DNA from: Antedon mediterranea
Taxonomy: Eukaryota; Animalia; Echinodermata
Direction: 5' to 3'
Assembly (NCBI RefSeq): GCF_964355755.1
Contig: NC_092676.1
Span: forward strand, 21,408,871 to 21,472,870
DNA: 64,000 nt
The notes beneath the pieces were generated by a model. That model worked only from the letters and a program-made list of their open reading frames with translations. It ran no database searches and was not told the origin of the DNA. The number at the start of each line of letters is the position of its first letter. Positions within the stretch are counted from its first letter, which is position 1. Shown in pieces: positions 15,001 through 30,000 of this stretch. The position numbers and the translations under genes are program-made.

Positions 15001-18000
15001 AGATAATTTAATTTTTATTGACGATTAAATCGATTTTATGATTTTCCCCGAATAGAGGTGGTTTTCACAAATTGTTTTACATTATATAAACATACACGAC
15101 GTAGTGATGTATCGTTACATGTACTGTACTATTTCAATCGACTAGGACGGTGATAGTTTCAACAAAGTGTTACATAGCAATGTTTTACTGTGTTTAGTGA
15201 TATATTATTTGTAAAACATGAAAACAATTAATATTTCGTTACTAAATGGATAAAGAATATATTTAATATATTTAAAAATTGTTCCTCTTTGCACCCACCC
15301 TCTTCCCCATCCCTCACCCCTAATGTTACATACAAAACACAAATTAAGTTTGTTTAAATTTGACTTAAACAATTGGTCTCATTTTGTGACAAGTTTCTCT
15401 TTCGGAAGTAATTCTCGGGTGCTAATTTTAGTTGAGTACATAAATCAGTGTCTATTTATTCGTTCCTGTAAACGACATGTATTATTGTACGTACATATTT
15501 GAAATCGCCAGTTTTTTAACGCTGAAATTATTATGTATTCGAGAACCATCTGTGGGCACGACCTAGATGGTACGCGAGCGAAGCGAGCGTACCATCTAGT
15601 AATCTAAAATTAACTATAAAGAGAAAGATGTTATTTATGATTACGGTTTTTAATACAATTGTAGTACTTTAAATGTTTGTAAAAAATGATTAATTAAAAT
15701 AATTATTGAATATCAATATTCTACTTAATTATAAATTTAATCTAATTAACCTTTGATTGGTTAAAATTGCTGCTGTTGTCAGTCCTTGGTTTGTTAGTTT
15801 AACTTGTTGAATGAACTGTTTATAAAGGTAACTTTGTATTTCCTCTCGCTTTCTGCAAGTTTGTTTGTCTGATGAAATGCGGTAAGAGTTAAATGCTGCC
15901 ACCATGTGAGATTGGTCTTCTCTTTCACGATTACAAATAATCACAAGCTTGAAACCTAACAAGTAATTTAAGAAAAAATGACATAATCCTGAGACACAAA
16001 GTGTAAGGAGAAAGCATATAGTCATTTTAAAAACATTAATATAACTATTATAAGTAATATCAGTAGTATTGTATTTTAATTTTCAATTGAAATTATCAAA
16101 ACACTTTTATTTTGTTCGCATGCACTGATGTGTGTGAGTGTCGTGTGATCAAGTTCTACATACTGTACCTTCATTTTTTCCTTTCATTAAATAACCAAGC
16201 TTATTAACAGCTTCAACACTGACATCATAATTCAAAACATCAGCATTCACAAGGCAGTATGTCTTTTTATTATTACCATTTATCGCCCGTCGCCATAGTA
16301 ATACAACCTGTAGAAAAAGGTTTGGGAAAGTGTGTTAATTCCTTTTTTTAAATTTGAAGCTAAAATTATGAAAATGCAGAAGAAAACAATATGTCTGCAG
16401 TAATCACAGTAGATAAAGCAGTGTGAGGGAATGACCTGTCTTCTATTTAAGTTAAGTTCCTCATAGTTTCATGCTTTGGATGGGCTATTATGTTGTGTAC
16501 GCGAAAGCCTTGTGAGTTCTGTTTTGGCAAGCTCTGTTTTGAAGGCTCCAAACTGCTGAACAACAAAACAGTGAAAATTATTCTTCTGTGTCATTTTCTT
16601 TCAGTCTTATTTCATGGTTTTTTTTTGTTTTGTTTTTTTTCTTATACATACATTTGTATGTGTTGAATATTTAGACAACCAACCAACCAAAAAAAATAAA
16701 AAAATTTAAAATGTTGCATTACCTTTTCTAGACTGGTTGTAGAATTGCACAGTAGCACTTCATCATAACTTGGTAGGCATTCATTGTTTTCCATGTAAAC
16801 AGACAGTACTGTGTTAAGAACATTTCCTGTTAACATAAACAACATGATACATTTTAATTGTTAAACATATAAATGAAATGTTATCATTTGTTAGAGTTTC
16901 AATGTCTCAAACATGTTGTGTTAATAAAATTCTATTAAGGTACTTTTAACTTATTTTAATTTTATTTTTTCTGTCTACACTGCCTATGCATCTCTTTGAT
17001 TTATAATGAAATAAGATGTTTTATAAACAGGATTCTAAAAATTGTAATGGTAGGGGTCATTTTAATTTCAATTTCAAAGTACAGTAGCATTACTTAAATT
17101 TGTGTGTTCGAATGTGTATGTATCAGTACAAACACAAAGATATTTGTGATGTCAATATCAAAGATTATTCACAAACATTTATGTTGTATTTTGAGGACGC
17201 TAGTTTAACTACAAATAATATGGAACAAATTAAAGTTCAATAATTTTGTTAAAAAAGAAAACACCAAAGAATAATTAAAGTACTGTACTTTCGTACTTAC
17301 TTGCAGGGCTAACAATGAGGTTAGGATTTCCTATTTGAAATACTTGAGGGAAAGTTCTTGTTGTTGTATTTGTTGTATCTAAAAAAAAGAAAAAGAAAAA
17401 CTTGATTATACATTATTCATGAACATTAAAGATGAATTGAAGTTGTAATCTCCTAATAGAGGTAACTGGCAAGTGAACCACAATGACGTCACTATGTTTT
17501 TGTATGAGTTAGTTATGAAAGTATGTAAAAAATCATAATCAAGATTATCCTAATGCAGTATAATGTAAATGTGAATACATCATTTTTTACCTATCACAGC
17601 AGTGGTTCTAGCCTATTGTAGGCCTACAGTAGTCTATCTGATGTAGTAGGACTATTCTGTGGTGGGCACAAGGCCAAAATATACACACACACACACATTT
17701 GATCTGAATTGACAGGGCTGCCATACATAGTAGTAAGTGAAGTAAATTAACATAAAAAAAGAAAATCACCCCACTTCCAGTTATGTATAATAATAATAAT
17801 GTAAATTAGTGCCTCCAACCATTTATTATGATTCCATACCCAATATAATTTTAGACGACTTTCCATCTATTAAAATATGCTCTAAATTTACATTCCTTAA
17901 TACAAAAGATATGTTAAAAGAGGTATATTTTTTATCTGAAGTTACCTTCCCAATCATCTAATAACCATATAGTTATTGCAAACTTGACTTACCATCTAAT

Positions 18001-21000
18001 GACGCCAAACAGTACAGAAGCTTCCCAAGTGTCTCAAGACTAACATAATCAGATAAGTCTACAGACTTTGTTGAGCTTAGATAGTTTTTCCATAGATGTT
18101 TAAGTTTTTTTACAAGAGTTCTGAAAAAAGAATATTAATTATTCCAAATTTGTAAAAATTCTATCACCAATTCATACGATACAAGATTCAAGTTCTTAAC
18201 AAATCATCCTTTTATACAACATGAAGCTCACCCTTTGATTGATTTCATTCCCTTTAACAAATCTTTCCTGACATTTTCAGTTCCCAAGCCACGATTCTGA
18301 AGACTGATTGGTTTTTGTTCATTTTCTTTGCTATCAAAAGTATCCTGTGCTACTTCATTCCCGAATTCTTCATCATCATTTCTTAGATCAGACAGACAAC
18401 AACCAACTCTATCAATAAATCTCTTCACCAACTCTTCTAAGACTTCATCTTCATAAGGACTATTGAAAATAAACTCAACTGCTTCTTCAATACTGAGTGG
18501 CTTCTTGTCCTCTATATATGCCATCGTCTGTTGTACATCAACCATTTCTTTCATTTCATCCCAGAAGGTAATCAGTTGTTCATTGCTTTCATTGATTACA
18601 ATATCTTCCGATGTGGCATCTTCGTTTACAGTTTCCTCTTCAATATTTGAATCAATTTCTTCAGAACACTCTGCAACTGCTCTTCTCAAATCCTGAACTG
18701 TACAATTTGGTCTCACAAGACTTAGTAGTGCATATACTTCTGGACGAACATCTTCATTTCCAAACTTTGCGAGAGCACGCTGCAGAATCACAAGTTGCTT
18801 TGTCGTGTAAAAATTGAGATGATACAAATCTTCTCTTCTTTCATCGATATAATCATACCATTCCTTCAGACTTTCTTTCAGAAACACTAGCAACTCATTT
18901 AAAATAACTGTAAGCTTTCTCTTCCCAAACAGAGGTTTCAGGTCTTTGACACAGAAATCTACAAGAACATTGAATTCACTGTCCTTATCACAATGCAGAC
19001 AAATCTTCATATCTGTAAAGTGTATATTTCCTGATGCACACATTTTGTGATAGTATGCTTCCAGATCCTGAGCCCCATCAAATATCTATGAAAAGAACAA
19101 ATAATTTGCATAATTTCATGCAGGTGAAAGTGTGGTGTAGGAAGTTTGAGTAAAGCATACTTACATATAATAAACAAATATATCAAACAAAAATAAATGA
19201 AGTCTATAAGGACATAATGACTTTTTCAATGTGTAACTATAATGTATTACTGGATGGAAGGAAACTATTTTAATAAATATATTTAAAATTGTTAATGTTA
19301 TATAACACAGTAGGACTACTGTAGATAAAATTGGATGTATCATTACGACAGTTAATGTTGATTGCCCTTTGACATACATTATGTGGTTTGTGTAGTAATT
19401 CAGTCAAGTTTCAATAGCTGTAACAACCCACTCAGAAGGATTACCACATCCTTACCTCTACAAAGCGATCAATTTCTCCTTTTGAATCAGTAGTTCTGTG
19501 GGCCTTGCCAGCAACAAGCATCAACTTACTCTGTAGGTCTTTCAGCTCTTTAACCGTGTAAATCTTTTCACTATCACTTCTGCACCTTTTTGCTGGGACA
19601 CGAAGCTGTAAACTTCCCTAAAATAACATTTCAATCAAGTTATCTGTTGCATTATGTTATCGGTGCACACTTTTCATTTACCCTGTAATCATGTGTCTCT
19701 GTGACGCTGGCAAAACATTAAAGCCTGGTTTCCATAAAATCGCTACACTGTCGCTACACGCGCAGATGTCGCCGACGCAATCGGGAAGGCTCCCCGATTC
19801 CATCGCAGACAAATCGACAAAGTTCAACCGATTTTGTCGCCGATGAATCGTATACGCGTACCAAAGAATATTTAGCGCTCGCGTACTATATTTAGCGCTC
19901 GCGTACTAGATCCCCGATAAATTCTAGCGTTTTCATCGAATCGCTACGCACTGTCGTGTAGCGATTTTATGGAAACCAGGCTTTAGTTACAGTACTTCCA
20001 TGCATTGGCCGCACCACACCCTCCCAATTCTAGTTGTTTATATTTATAAAAATAAATAATCACTACTGGCAACACTTAATAATGTGAATACATGAGTGAG
20101 ATTGTGCGTACTATGAAGTGTGGGCATGTACAAATATATTTATGCAAACAGCACAGTTAACTTACTTCTCATCAGCATTTAAGCCACCTAACAATAATCA
20201 GTCTAAGCATGGAGTAAAGAATAAGCCATGGTCTAAGGACTAATGCTTAACCCCAAAACCTAAATTAATCTGAGTATTTGCATGTGGCATGCACAAATAT
20301 ATTTATGCAGACATCACAGTTCTCAGATGTTTCTTAAAAGTGCCCTTAACTAGCCAGTAGGCCTACCATGTATATAGCCCCAACCTTGGATTCATATGCC
20401 TTCACACAGGATCCAATAAGGATTGGACCTTAGCAGACATTGGGGCAGCTCATGATTTATGAATTCAAGCTTTAAAGTGTGATTGGTGAATACAACCACA
20501 GACTCCCAATTCTGGACTACTTTAGGCCGTGAAATTATGGCCAAATTGTGACTTTTTGTGATCACTAACTGGAAACATAATACATTTATTACACTACAGA
20601 CCACTACCTGTTAAGCCTATGGACTTTATTAAACAATAAAGAAATTTAAAAAATCATTTTTTATTTTGAAAGTCAGCTCTTGGCGAAGTAATCTCTCAAT
20701 GCTCTCGTAGTATATTATACCTTGGTTAATTTGCCAATTTCATAAATCCCTTTTGCATTAATTTTCTCCACTTCCTGTATTGAAGTCACTTCCATTGCAC
20801 CATGTGATTCTTTAATACCATTCAGCCATTCCATGTAATGAGAAATATCCGACTATAATAAATAACAAAACAGACAGTTACCAAGATTGTCATTCCAGGT
20901 TGAATTAAGTCTACATACAAGTATAAAAGTATCAATGGATTGCTTATAACCAAGTATGTACAAGAACTGTATAAAGTTCTATTTGTTTACTATGTTTTAG

Positions 21001-24000
21001 AACAAAAGCAATCACATTACAATCCTCATAACATTTATGCAAATTCTGTAATTGACAATATGTGCTTGCTATTGTTTTTGTTTACTTCTTGCATTAAAGA
21101 AAGTTAAATAAATAGTTGTTACAACACATGTAGAATAATGAATTTGTGATTACCAGTTTACTTGACAATTGTGGATCATTTTTCAGAACTTTCCATGTTT
21201 GTTTGCAGATGTTTATGAGATTTTCAAAATTACAATCTTCAGTAAGATTAAAAATAAAAGCAGAAAAACCAGTTGCAACCCGATGGAGACAGGCAACTCT
21301 GTCCACTTCCATTGGAGTTTCCCCAGCTTGGATCATTGCCAAATCTACAAACACATTCAATTCCTGCACACCTATACAAATTGAAAGTAATGTGAATTGT
21401 CAAAAACTCTCTGAAATGTATCTTTCAACTACAGTACTGACTACATATCATATAAGCGTGTAATTAGGTACTAACAATACTATCAAGATTAAATAGTTTA
21501 AACAAGCTTTAAATTCAACATACCTTGTGTCGAAAATTAAAAATTGAGGTATGTTGAATCTACTGTGCTGTAAGTTAGTTTAAACCATTTAATCTAGTTA
21601 CCGGCACATATGAACTTTCATTCGAACAATACTATTCATATTCACTGATGCATTATGGCATTTAGTAATTCAACTTTAGTGAACTGCAACTATTAATTTG
21701 ATTTGATCTTAATAAATTGACTGTTGACAAGCACAGGCATGTAATAACAAAGTATTGTTTATTTTAAAAGTTTGTAAATAATAAATATACAAAAACAAAA
21801 TCTGTATCCTACCTACCATGTTGGCTAAACCCTGATATTTTGCATTGTATTATTTTTTATTTGTAAACTATTCTAAAAACAATCTTAACAATTTGTGATT
21901 TTAAGAATTAAAACATGACACAAAACATACATACTTACTTTTTATTTCCTTTTTTATCCAACTAATAAGGTCTTTACTTTTCATTAGTGTTTGCAAACAT
22001 TCACTCTCTTCTTTCGTCACATTTTCAAGCTCTTTACAGACTTTTGTCATACCACTATCCACATTTTTCAAAAGTGTCTGTTTGAAATTTGTTTTTTTCT
22101 GAAAGTACATATAAAAATAAGAAATCAAAATGCATTAATTTAATATTTATAAATGACTTCAGCTGACCTTGTGCATGTAAAAATGGTATTATTTAATTCT
22201 GAGTGAATCATGATTCCAAATTTAGAATTAATACTTTAAAAGACATGTTAAAACAACAAGATGTCTAGAAAGCTCAGATCTAGAAGAAAAAAAACTATTA
22301 ATAAATTTTCTAGACATTTGTTAAAAAAACGCATTTTCTATTAAAAACAAGGCCATATAGATGGCTGCAGTCGCGTGCTCAAGTTAGCGTTTACCGACCG
22401 ACCAAATTTGCTGAAAATGTTTAAAAACATTAATATTTTTTTAATTTACACTTGCGTAACCTGTCATATTTTACGTGCTCGTATAACGTAATTTCGAGTT
22501 GAAAAGTGAATCAAATATGAAAATCTGCGCACTTATGGCAAGTTTTTGTATGCTTAAAATTGCTTGAACGTACTCTTATTTCATCGAATATAAATGTTGA
22601 CAATTTTGAAAATTACGTACGCACGTAATTGTATTGCCATATGATGATTTATGCCCTGAAATTTATGAGTACCAAATTTTATTTAATTGTGATTCATGCT
22701 TGTGAAGATATTAATTACACGTAATTGTTTTGCCATATGATGATTTATGCCCTGAAATTTATGAGTACCAAATTTTATTTAATTGTGATTCATGCTTGTG
22801 AAGATACGGATTACAAACGTGATTTCGTTAAATCGTGCGTAGACCGCGTAATTTTTGATTGCGCACCGTGAAAACATAACCACATCGATTCCTGGCCATA
22901 AGGAATATACTGTGAAAAATTGACTTAGCTAGATGAAACTGATATCAAGATAAGGCTTATACAAGTTAGTGTTTACCGACCGACCGACATAGTGAGCTGT
23001 AGAGTCGCGTCTAATAGAATAACTTACCATTGAACACAACATGTTTACAGCACTGAAATCTCCTTTCAGTTGAAAAGTTACATGGATCTCTTGGATAATT
23101 TTGGCTGTTGCAAAACATCTGTTAATTTGTCGGTAGAGACGGATTAGATCACAACGATTTTTGATCCAGTATGTTGAAAAGTTGTCAGACTCAAAGAATT
23201 TAAAATGCATCTCCAAGTCTCCATCAGAGATACAAGATAAGTTGTTCTCAACAGACTGTAATGTGATATTACCAAGCTTTAAGGATTGAATGAAGTTATG
23301 TAAATCTGTCTTGACATTTTGCCATATTCTCTTCTCCACATTGTCCAGTGTCATCAGTTTTCCACTTTCTCCTCGTTGCCTTAACTCTCTACGGACGCTC
23401 CTGTCCCAGAACTGTCGAAAGATTAAACTCTTGTATACCATTTGAATTTCTGGGAGCATTCCCCTTACTTCATTTGAAAAATTGAAGAATGTAATATTTG
23501 GGGATGTCAACATACTCAACATACACATTTGGATGTCAGATGGGCAGCATAACTCATTTAACTTTAGTGGGTCTTTATCAACTTTAAGTAACTTCTCAGT
23601 TTCTGTTACGTCCACTATCTGATTTTTCCTTCCACTGCTGTCTTCTAAAAAAAAAAATTGTTTTTGCATCATCATACTATTCTTTTGTGTACTATACTTC
23701 TTGTCCTAGGTTCCAACCCTCACAATGGAATGAAATGACAGTTTACATGCATACATTTTATTTATGTTTGAGTGAGTGAGTATATAGTATAGTGCATGTA
23801 TACTCTTTTTGATTTCAATCAAGTACATAGAAAGGTGTGCAAGTACTGTATTGCAATTAACAAAAACTAATTTCAACCTAGAGAATCTCTTGCACTTTAT
23901 GGTGGTGTTATTTATTATTGGGATCAATAAATCTATCTCGAAATGATTTTCTCCCCCACTCAAAAACATTCTTTTATACTAATACTGTACATTATGATCA

Positions 24001-27000
24001 ATATTAATAATGGTATTAAGAAAGACCAACAGACTGGTTAAATTACTACTTGAATATTATTACATTTGGAAGATGCATTATTTTAGAATCTCAAATTTAC
24101 CAAAGTCTCTGCACATTGCTGTCATTACAGCAACACTAATTGAAAAATCCACAAAAGCTTTCAGTTCATATTCTCGCTGCTCAACTACTCTACGCACCAA
24201 CACATCCAACTGAATATTGCTATTATTAGCAGAATGTGGTAAGTATTTCTTTGCAATTCCTGCAACATCCATGACATCAGTAAGTTTGAAAAATTGTTCT
24301 TTCTTCTCTAGAATCAATTTAAGATCTTTTACTTTAATTGAGCCACTGAAAATGCTGTCCAGTACACAATCTTCCATCAAAGATTTAGCTTGAAAGAGCA
24401 AATACTGGGCTGTTTCAGTTAAATCAATGCTGCTTTTGCACTTAACTGAAAAAAAATATAAAAATGAAGATGTATAATATTATGATGTCCAACAGTTTTT
24501 TTTTCTCCATAATCTTAACAAAACATATATTGTTATAAATATTCATTTAAAAAATAGATTTTTTTATGAATTAAAAACGCATTAATAGTGTCGTACCTGT
24601 CATCTTAAGAAAATTAGCAAGTGGTTTCCATTGTAGTTGGTACCGAAGTGTCATGGCATCTGGTTTTGATAATGAGCTTTCAAGCAGATGAGAGAATAAT
24701 TCACCATATTTGGTTGCTTCAGATGACTGGATACTGGACATAATTTTTTCTCCACTAGTACCCTACATCATGTAATGCACATTTAAGAAATTGTATTGAG
24801 TTTTTCTCCCAATAAAATCAAGTGTGATTTATATTATAAGTCCAAAACACTTTTCATAAAGCCTACAGAACAGTGTATATAGATCTAGTTGATGTTCCAC
24901 GTTTACAAATTGAGCCGTTGCATAAAAAAGTATTGTTGGCTTGATAAAAATATGCAAAAATATTCAAAATAAGGATGTTTCAAAAATTGTTAAAGCAACA
25001 GTATTTATCTTTAACTCCTAAGCCAACATTGATAGGTGTACATTTTATCTTAATGTAGACCAAGTAAAAAGTAGGGTTTATGCAAAATAAAGATCCTTGA
25101 AATATCCATTTGTTTAGTTTTGTTTATATAAAGTTATTTTACCTCCATAACTTTATCTATGACACCAAATGCTGCTTTTGAAAAGGCTTCCTGAATCCTA
25201 CCATCTATATTTCCAAAGTCTGTAGTGCAATAAAATGTTACCACTTCTTGTTCTTTGTTTGTCTGAATTCTCTACAATCAATTACATTATCACATTTTAT
25301 GAAACTAAACAGAGATACTGTATGCGGATGGGGATCAAAGGCATGTATACATTTAAATTTGGTTTTTTACTATTATGGGATTCAACGAAATTAACTTTTT
25401 TTGCAAATGTTATCATTTTATAATACTGTACTACTGAAAAGATTTTGTAAAGATAAAAAAAAACTATTACCGATCTGATGCTTTCTTGTAAACTTGTGTA
25501 CAAAAAGTTGTGCCATATTTCTTGAAACTCTTTATGACTGAAACCTATACTGAACAGGTTATTGATCAGGCCAAGCTTGTAAATATAAAAGGAAAACATT
25601 TTAATAAAACATTTTAATTAAACATTCTAAATTTACTAAAAAAGATTTTAACATGATTACTGATGTTAATGCAGAATTGTACAGCAAGTTTTTTCCAGTA
25701 TAAAATGATAGAAGTGAAATTTCTGCAGTGATTGCAACTTAACTGTGTGATGCAGTTATTGCATAAGGTTTCAGCACTTACTGTGAAATCTGAATAACCA
25801 TTGCTCTCTATCAAACTCTTTATCAGGTTTTTAAAAAGTTCTCCAGCATCAGCCATATATACTTTCATTGTTCCAACCAAATTAGATGCTGAATCCAAAT
25901 TAGAACGAGCTACACATCTGTCTACACTTACAACAAACAACTGCAGCAGCAACATAATTGTTGTAAAATTGTCTTTATTTGGACAACGTTTAAGACATAG
26001 CAATGCTTCTAAGATAGTTTGTGTTGCTTTGTAATCATGTTCAGTAAGTTGGTTGCCTGAACTGTTCAATAAAAAAACAATTATTCAGTATTATTTCAAA
26101 TTATCACACCTATTTCTACAATTTGTATTAGTATAGGTAAAATATATGTATATTTGCAAGTAAATACTGTACAAATAAAATGATTTTGTTCTAGGAAAAA
26201 GAAAGATAAGAAATTTTGTTAGGAAGAAATTATATTTCCTAAAATAATGATTATGATGATAATGATTGTATTGCGTCTAAACAGCATTAGTGAAAGGCGT
26301 AGAGACCTTTGTATATCCTTTGCGAAATCCATTTTGAATCCCAACTCTAAGCTCTCACTTGTTCCGCCTAGAGGTAATACTATTCATAAATATTATAGTC
26401 GCAATGCTGATACTGTAGGATACGTAACATCAATTGTAACTCTGTGCGTCACAAGACTAGCCCTCTATCATATTTAGTACAGTTAATTAATAATTTAAAT
26501 TTTTAATGTGTTTATTGTTTTTTGATTATCCTTTTGTTATCATAAAGTGCATTTCAGCGGAATTTTTTTTCCTGCTGCTAAATTTTATGAATGTTGAATT
26601 GAATTATTGAATAAATATACCAGTGATATAAATAAAAGATACAAGTTTCTGAGTAGTCATAAGGTATTATACAAAATGTAATGTATTTCCCAAGCACATA
26701 CAATAAAAAAAATGATAATTTGTAGAACAAACTCTTAGAGTTTTAGGATAAGGACTGTAACTTATTGTACAATTTAAACAATAAAAAAGTACACCTTTTG
26801 AGTAGGATAAGATATTACTATTTGTCAACACACTTATGGAATGAGGAGCACACTCTGTACAAGTAAACATAGAAGTAGGAATCTTCAAACCATACAACTT
26901 TTACAAAGTGAATAAGTAAATATCATGTTTTTAGTTTGTTTTGCACATAACTCGAAAAACAGAATCCTAATTGTCTACACACACATAGAAAAATGATTAC

Positions 27001-30000
27001 AATAGTTCCTTTTAGCATCAAATGCAAATAGAGTATTATTTCATCTAAACCTATTCCATATCCAAATTAACTTATAACCTTTGTCTTAAAAAAACATTAC
27101 ATACCTTTCCATCTCTTTCATTTTGTCAATTATAATGTAGAGGACAGTCTGAAACTCCTGTATGGCAAAGATAATTATATATCAGATGTTTGTACTGCTT
27201 TGTTAGAAAAGGCAGAGATATGTTACACAAAATTAACATATATTAATAATAAAAAAGTTGATAAAACTTATGGAAAAAATATATAAATAAAAAGTGAAGT
27301 AACAAAAACCAAAATATATGAATAAAAAGGTGACAAATCTTTAACAAAATTATAACAAATTATTAAAAAGGTTACAATTAAAGCACTGTTGTTATTTTTA
27401 AATCTTAGTGCAATAATGATAATGAAATGTGTACAATTTTGAATATTTATGTTAATTTCTTGATTGCAATTTATTATGATAAATAATTAAAGTGCAATAA
27501 TTCCACAGTATCAAATTTCAATGTTACGCTCTGTCTACACTATCAAACTTTGTGATGTGCCCATATATGGACACTATTGGTGTCACATCACTATCATATT
27601 TGGGCAAATCACACATTTTTTGTCAAATTAGTTTTATAGAGTAGATGAAGCTTTAAAATAACACTAAGTAATTTTACCTGAATTTTATTTGAGCCCAATT
27701 GATGGCTTACAAAAATCTGGTGAACCATACGTGCAACTGCACGACATGTTATGTAAAGATTAAAACTGGCAATGCGAACGATCTCTGTGAGGTGAACTAG
27801 GCTCATTGATGACAAAATTGTTGACTGAAGCAGAAAATCAACTTCAAAAAGATGTTGAAGTTTGTTCAGTATTCCTGGCAATTGCTCCCTAAATATAAAG
27901 ATTAAAATTAATGTTGTATCAATACGCAAATGCAATGCATAGTAACAAAAGAATTGACAAAAGGAAAGATAAAAACTATTGGGATTAATATTAGAAATTA
28001 AGTATTTAAATTAAAGTAGACAGACAGAGTGTGGATTTAAAATAAAATATTAATTGAGTAAAAGAAGTTCAAGAAAAAAAACATATGTTATCCACTCACA
28101 CATAGGCTACTGTGTTATTTCTCTTCTGTTTATAGTCAGAAGAAATTAAAGGTTGGAATGCTTTTATTATAAATGTTACACCATACTAAAGAAATATGTA
28201 CTTTAATTATATAAAGATTTAGATGGAAATACAGTATAATAAAGTATTATACTTCTTTCTCTTTCTTTTTAAAATAAAGATTAATTATGTAATATATATT
28301 TGCTTTTTGTTGTTAGGTCAAAAAGTATGTGAATGAAATAATTCAAGTCTTCCTCTAATGTAAGATCAATATGGGCTTACGGTTTCATTCTTCTAAAATA
28401 AGGTTTCACAAGGTACTACAAGAACAATCAATATGGCACTGGATTTAGAAAACTATGTTCCGTCTACTGGTCAACCATTCAGAGTGTATTGATATAATAC
28501 AAGAGATCAGAAACCATTTTCTCTTGTGCCTCTAATCATTCCATGAAACGAAATGAAGTCTATTGATTGAGATTGTACAGAAAGAACAAAGATTGTTGTA
28601 TGGTTTCCAAAAAAAAAAATGTATTGAATGAATAACTGTAAAAAAATCTACTTACATAGTTCTATTTTGATGTATTTCACTTTCATTAACTTTCATCACA
28701 TTATATGTCATCCACTGCTCTTCATTGTAGTTATGTTTATCCAAACTTGCAGGCCATTTGTTTGGCCTAGAGTCAACTCGCAAAAAGTGCAAAAGAGGCA
28801 TTACCAGCAACCAAGAAGCATCATAATTGCTATCTGATGTTATAATTCTCCTGCACCAGGATTCAAGTGACTTGATTAGATCTCTGTTTTAAAAAAAGGG
28901 GCATTACGTTTCTTTAACATTTTTTTAAATGTTTTTGTCAGTTATTTACATTTGCATCAATCATTAGTATAATTGTTTCATTACTGTAACATTTGTAGGG
29001 TTAAGAATTCATACAATTACTTCTTGCAGTAAGGCCACATATAATTTAAAGAACTGGAAAAAAAAACCATATTGGTGTTTTAGATATACCTATAGTTGGT
29101 AAAAAATGCATTTAACATGTAATAAAGTCAATGAAGGTTATGTAGTTAAGAAGTTAAATACAAGGTTGTACTGTTTGAGGAAACTTGGTTCGTTTGGGGT
29201 AACGCAGGATATTTGTAGAATGTTTCTCATCAGTGATGATGATATTGTATGTTGGGCTGGGCTGGGAATATCAGTAAGGGGGATAAAGATCGAATTGAAA
29301 AGGAGCTGGGTAGAGCGGGGAAAGTAATTGTTTAGTCTGTGCAAACTCTTGACTCTTTATACAGCGAACGGCTTGCTGATGTGTTCCATGCTATATTGGA
29401 AGACACCAATCATCCTCTTCATGGCGACATAATCGGCTGCGTTAGAAGTAGGATGAGGACAGTGAACGCGCAAAAGATTTCTTAGATAGTTGTTTTTCTT
29501 CCTTTATATTTATCCAATTAGGCAAGCCAAGATATGAGCACTGTAATTATTATCCATTATATTGGATAATAAACGGAATCTGTATCTGACATTTTTATGT
29601 CAAAATCAAACTATTTATTATTGCACCATACAATATTAGCGCCTTTATCAGAGGGATTATCACATATGATAAGACAGCGATTAATTTACTATTGATAATC
29701 CTTTGCTACATGTGCCTAGATACATAACATAAAATAAAAAATAAAGAAATATTATTTTACTTACTGCATTATAGGAGCAAACTCTTCCTTGACTTTTTCA
29801 ATAATAAAGTCATACTCTTTTGTGCTCAAATTGGGTGGTATGAGCAAAGCGTGTAGTAAGTTATTTACTTGTGGTTGTTTCAAATAGATGCTAGACTTTA
29901 TAAGTATGTGAACAATAGCTAATGCTGACGTCAAGACTTTAATGATGGCATCATTATCAGAAGTAGAAATACTTCCTAGCTGGTTGATCTTTGGTTCAAG

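Noticed and set aside
20166-20200. Possible micro-exon with a GTAAG donor
   Set aside because: The flanking exons join in phase 0 without it, and including it introduces a stop or frameshift.
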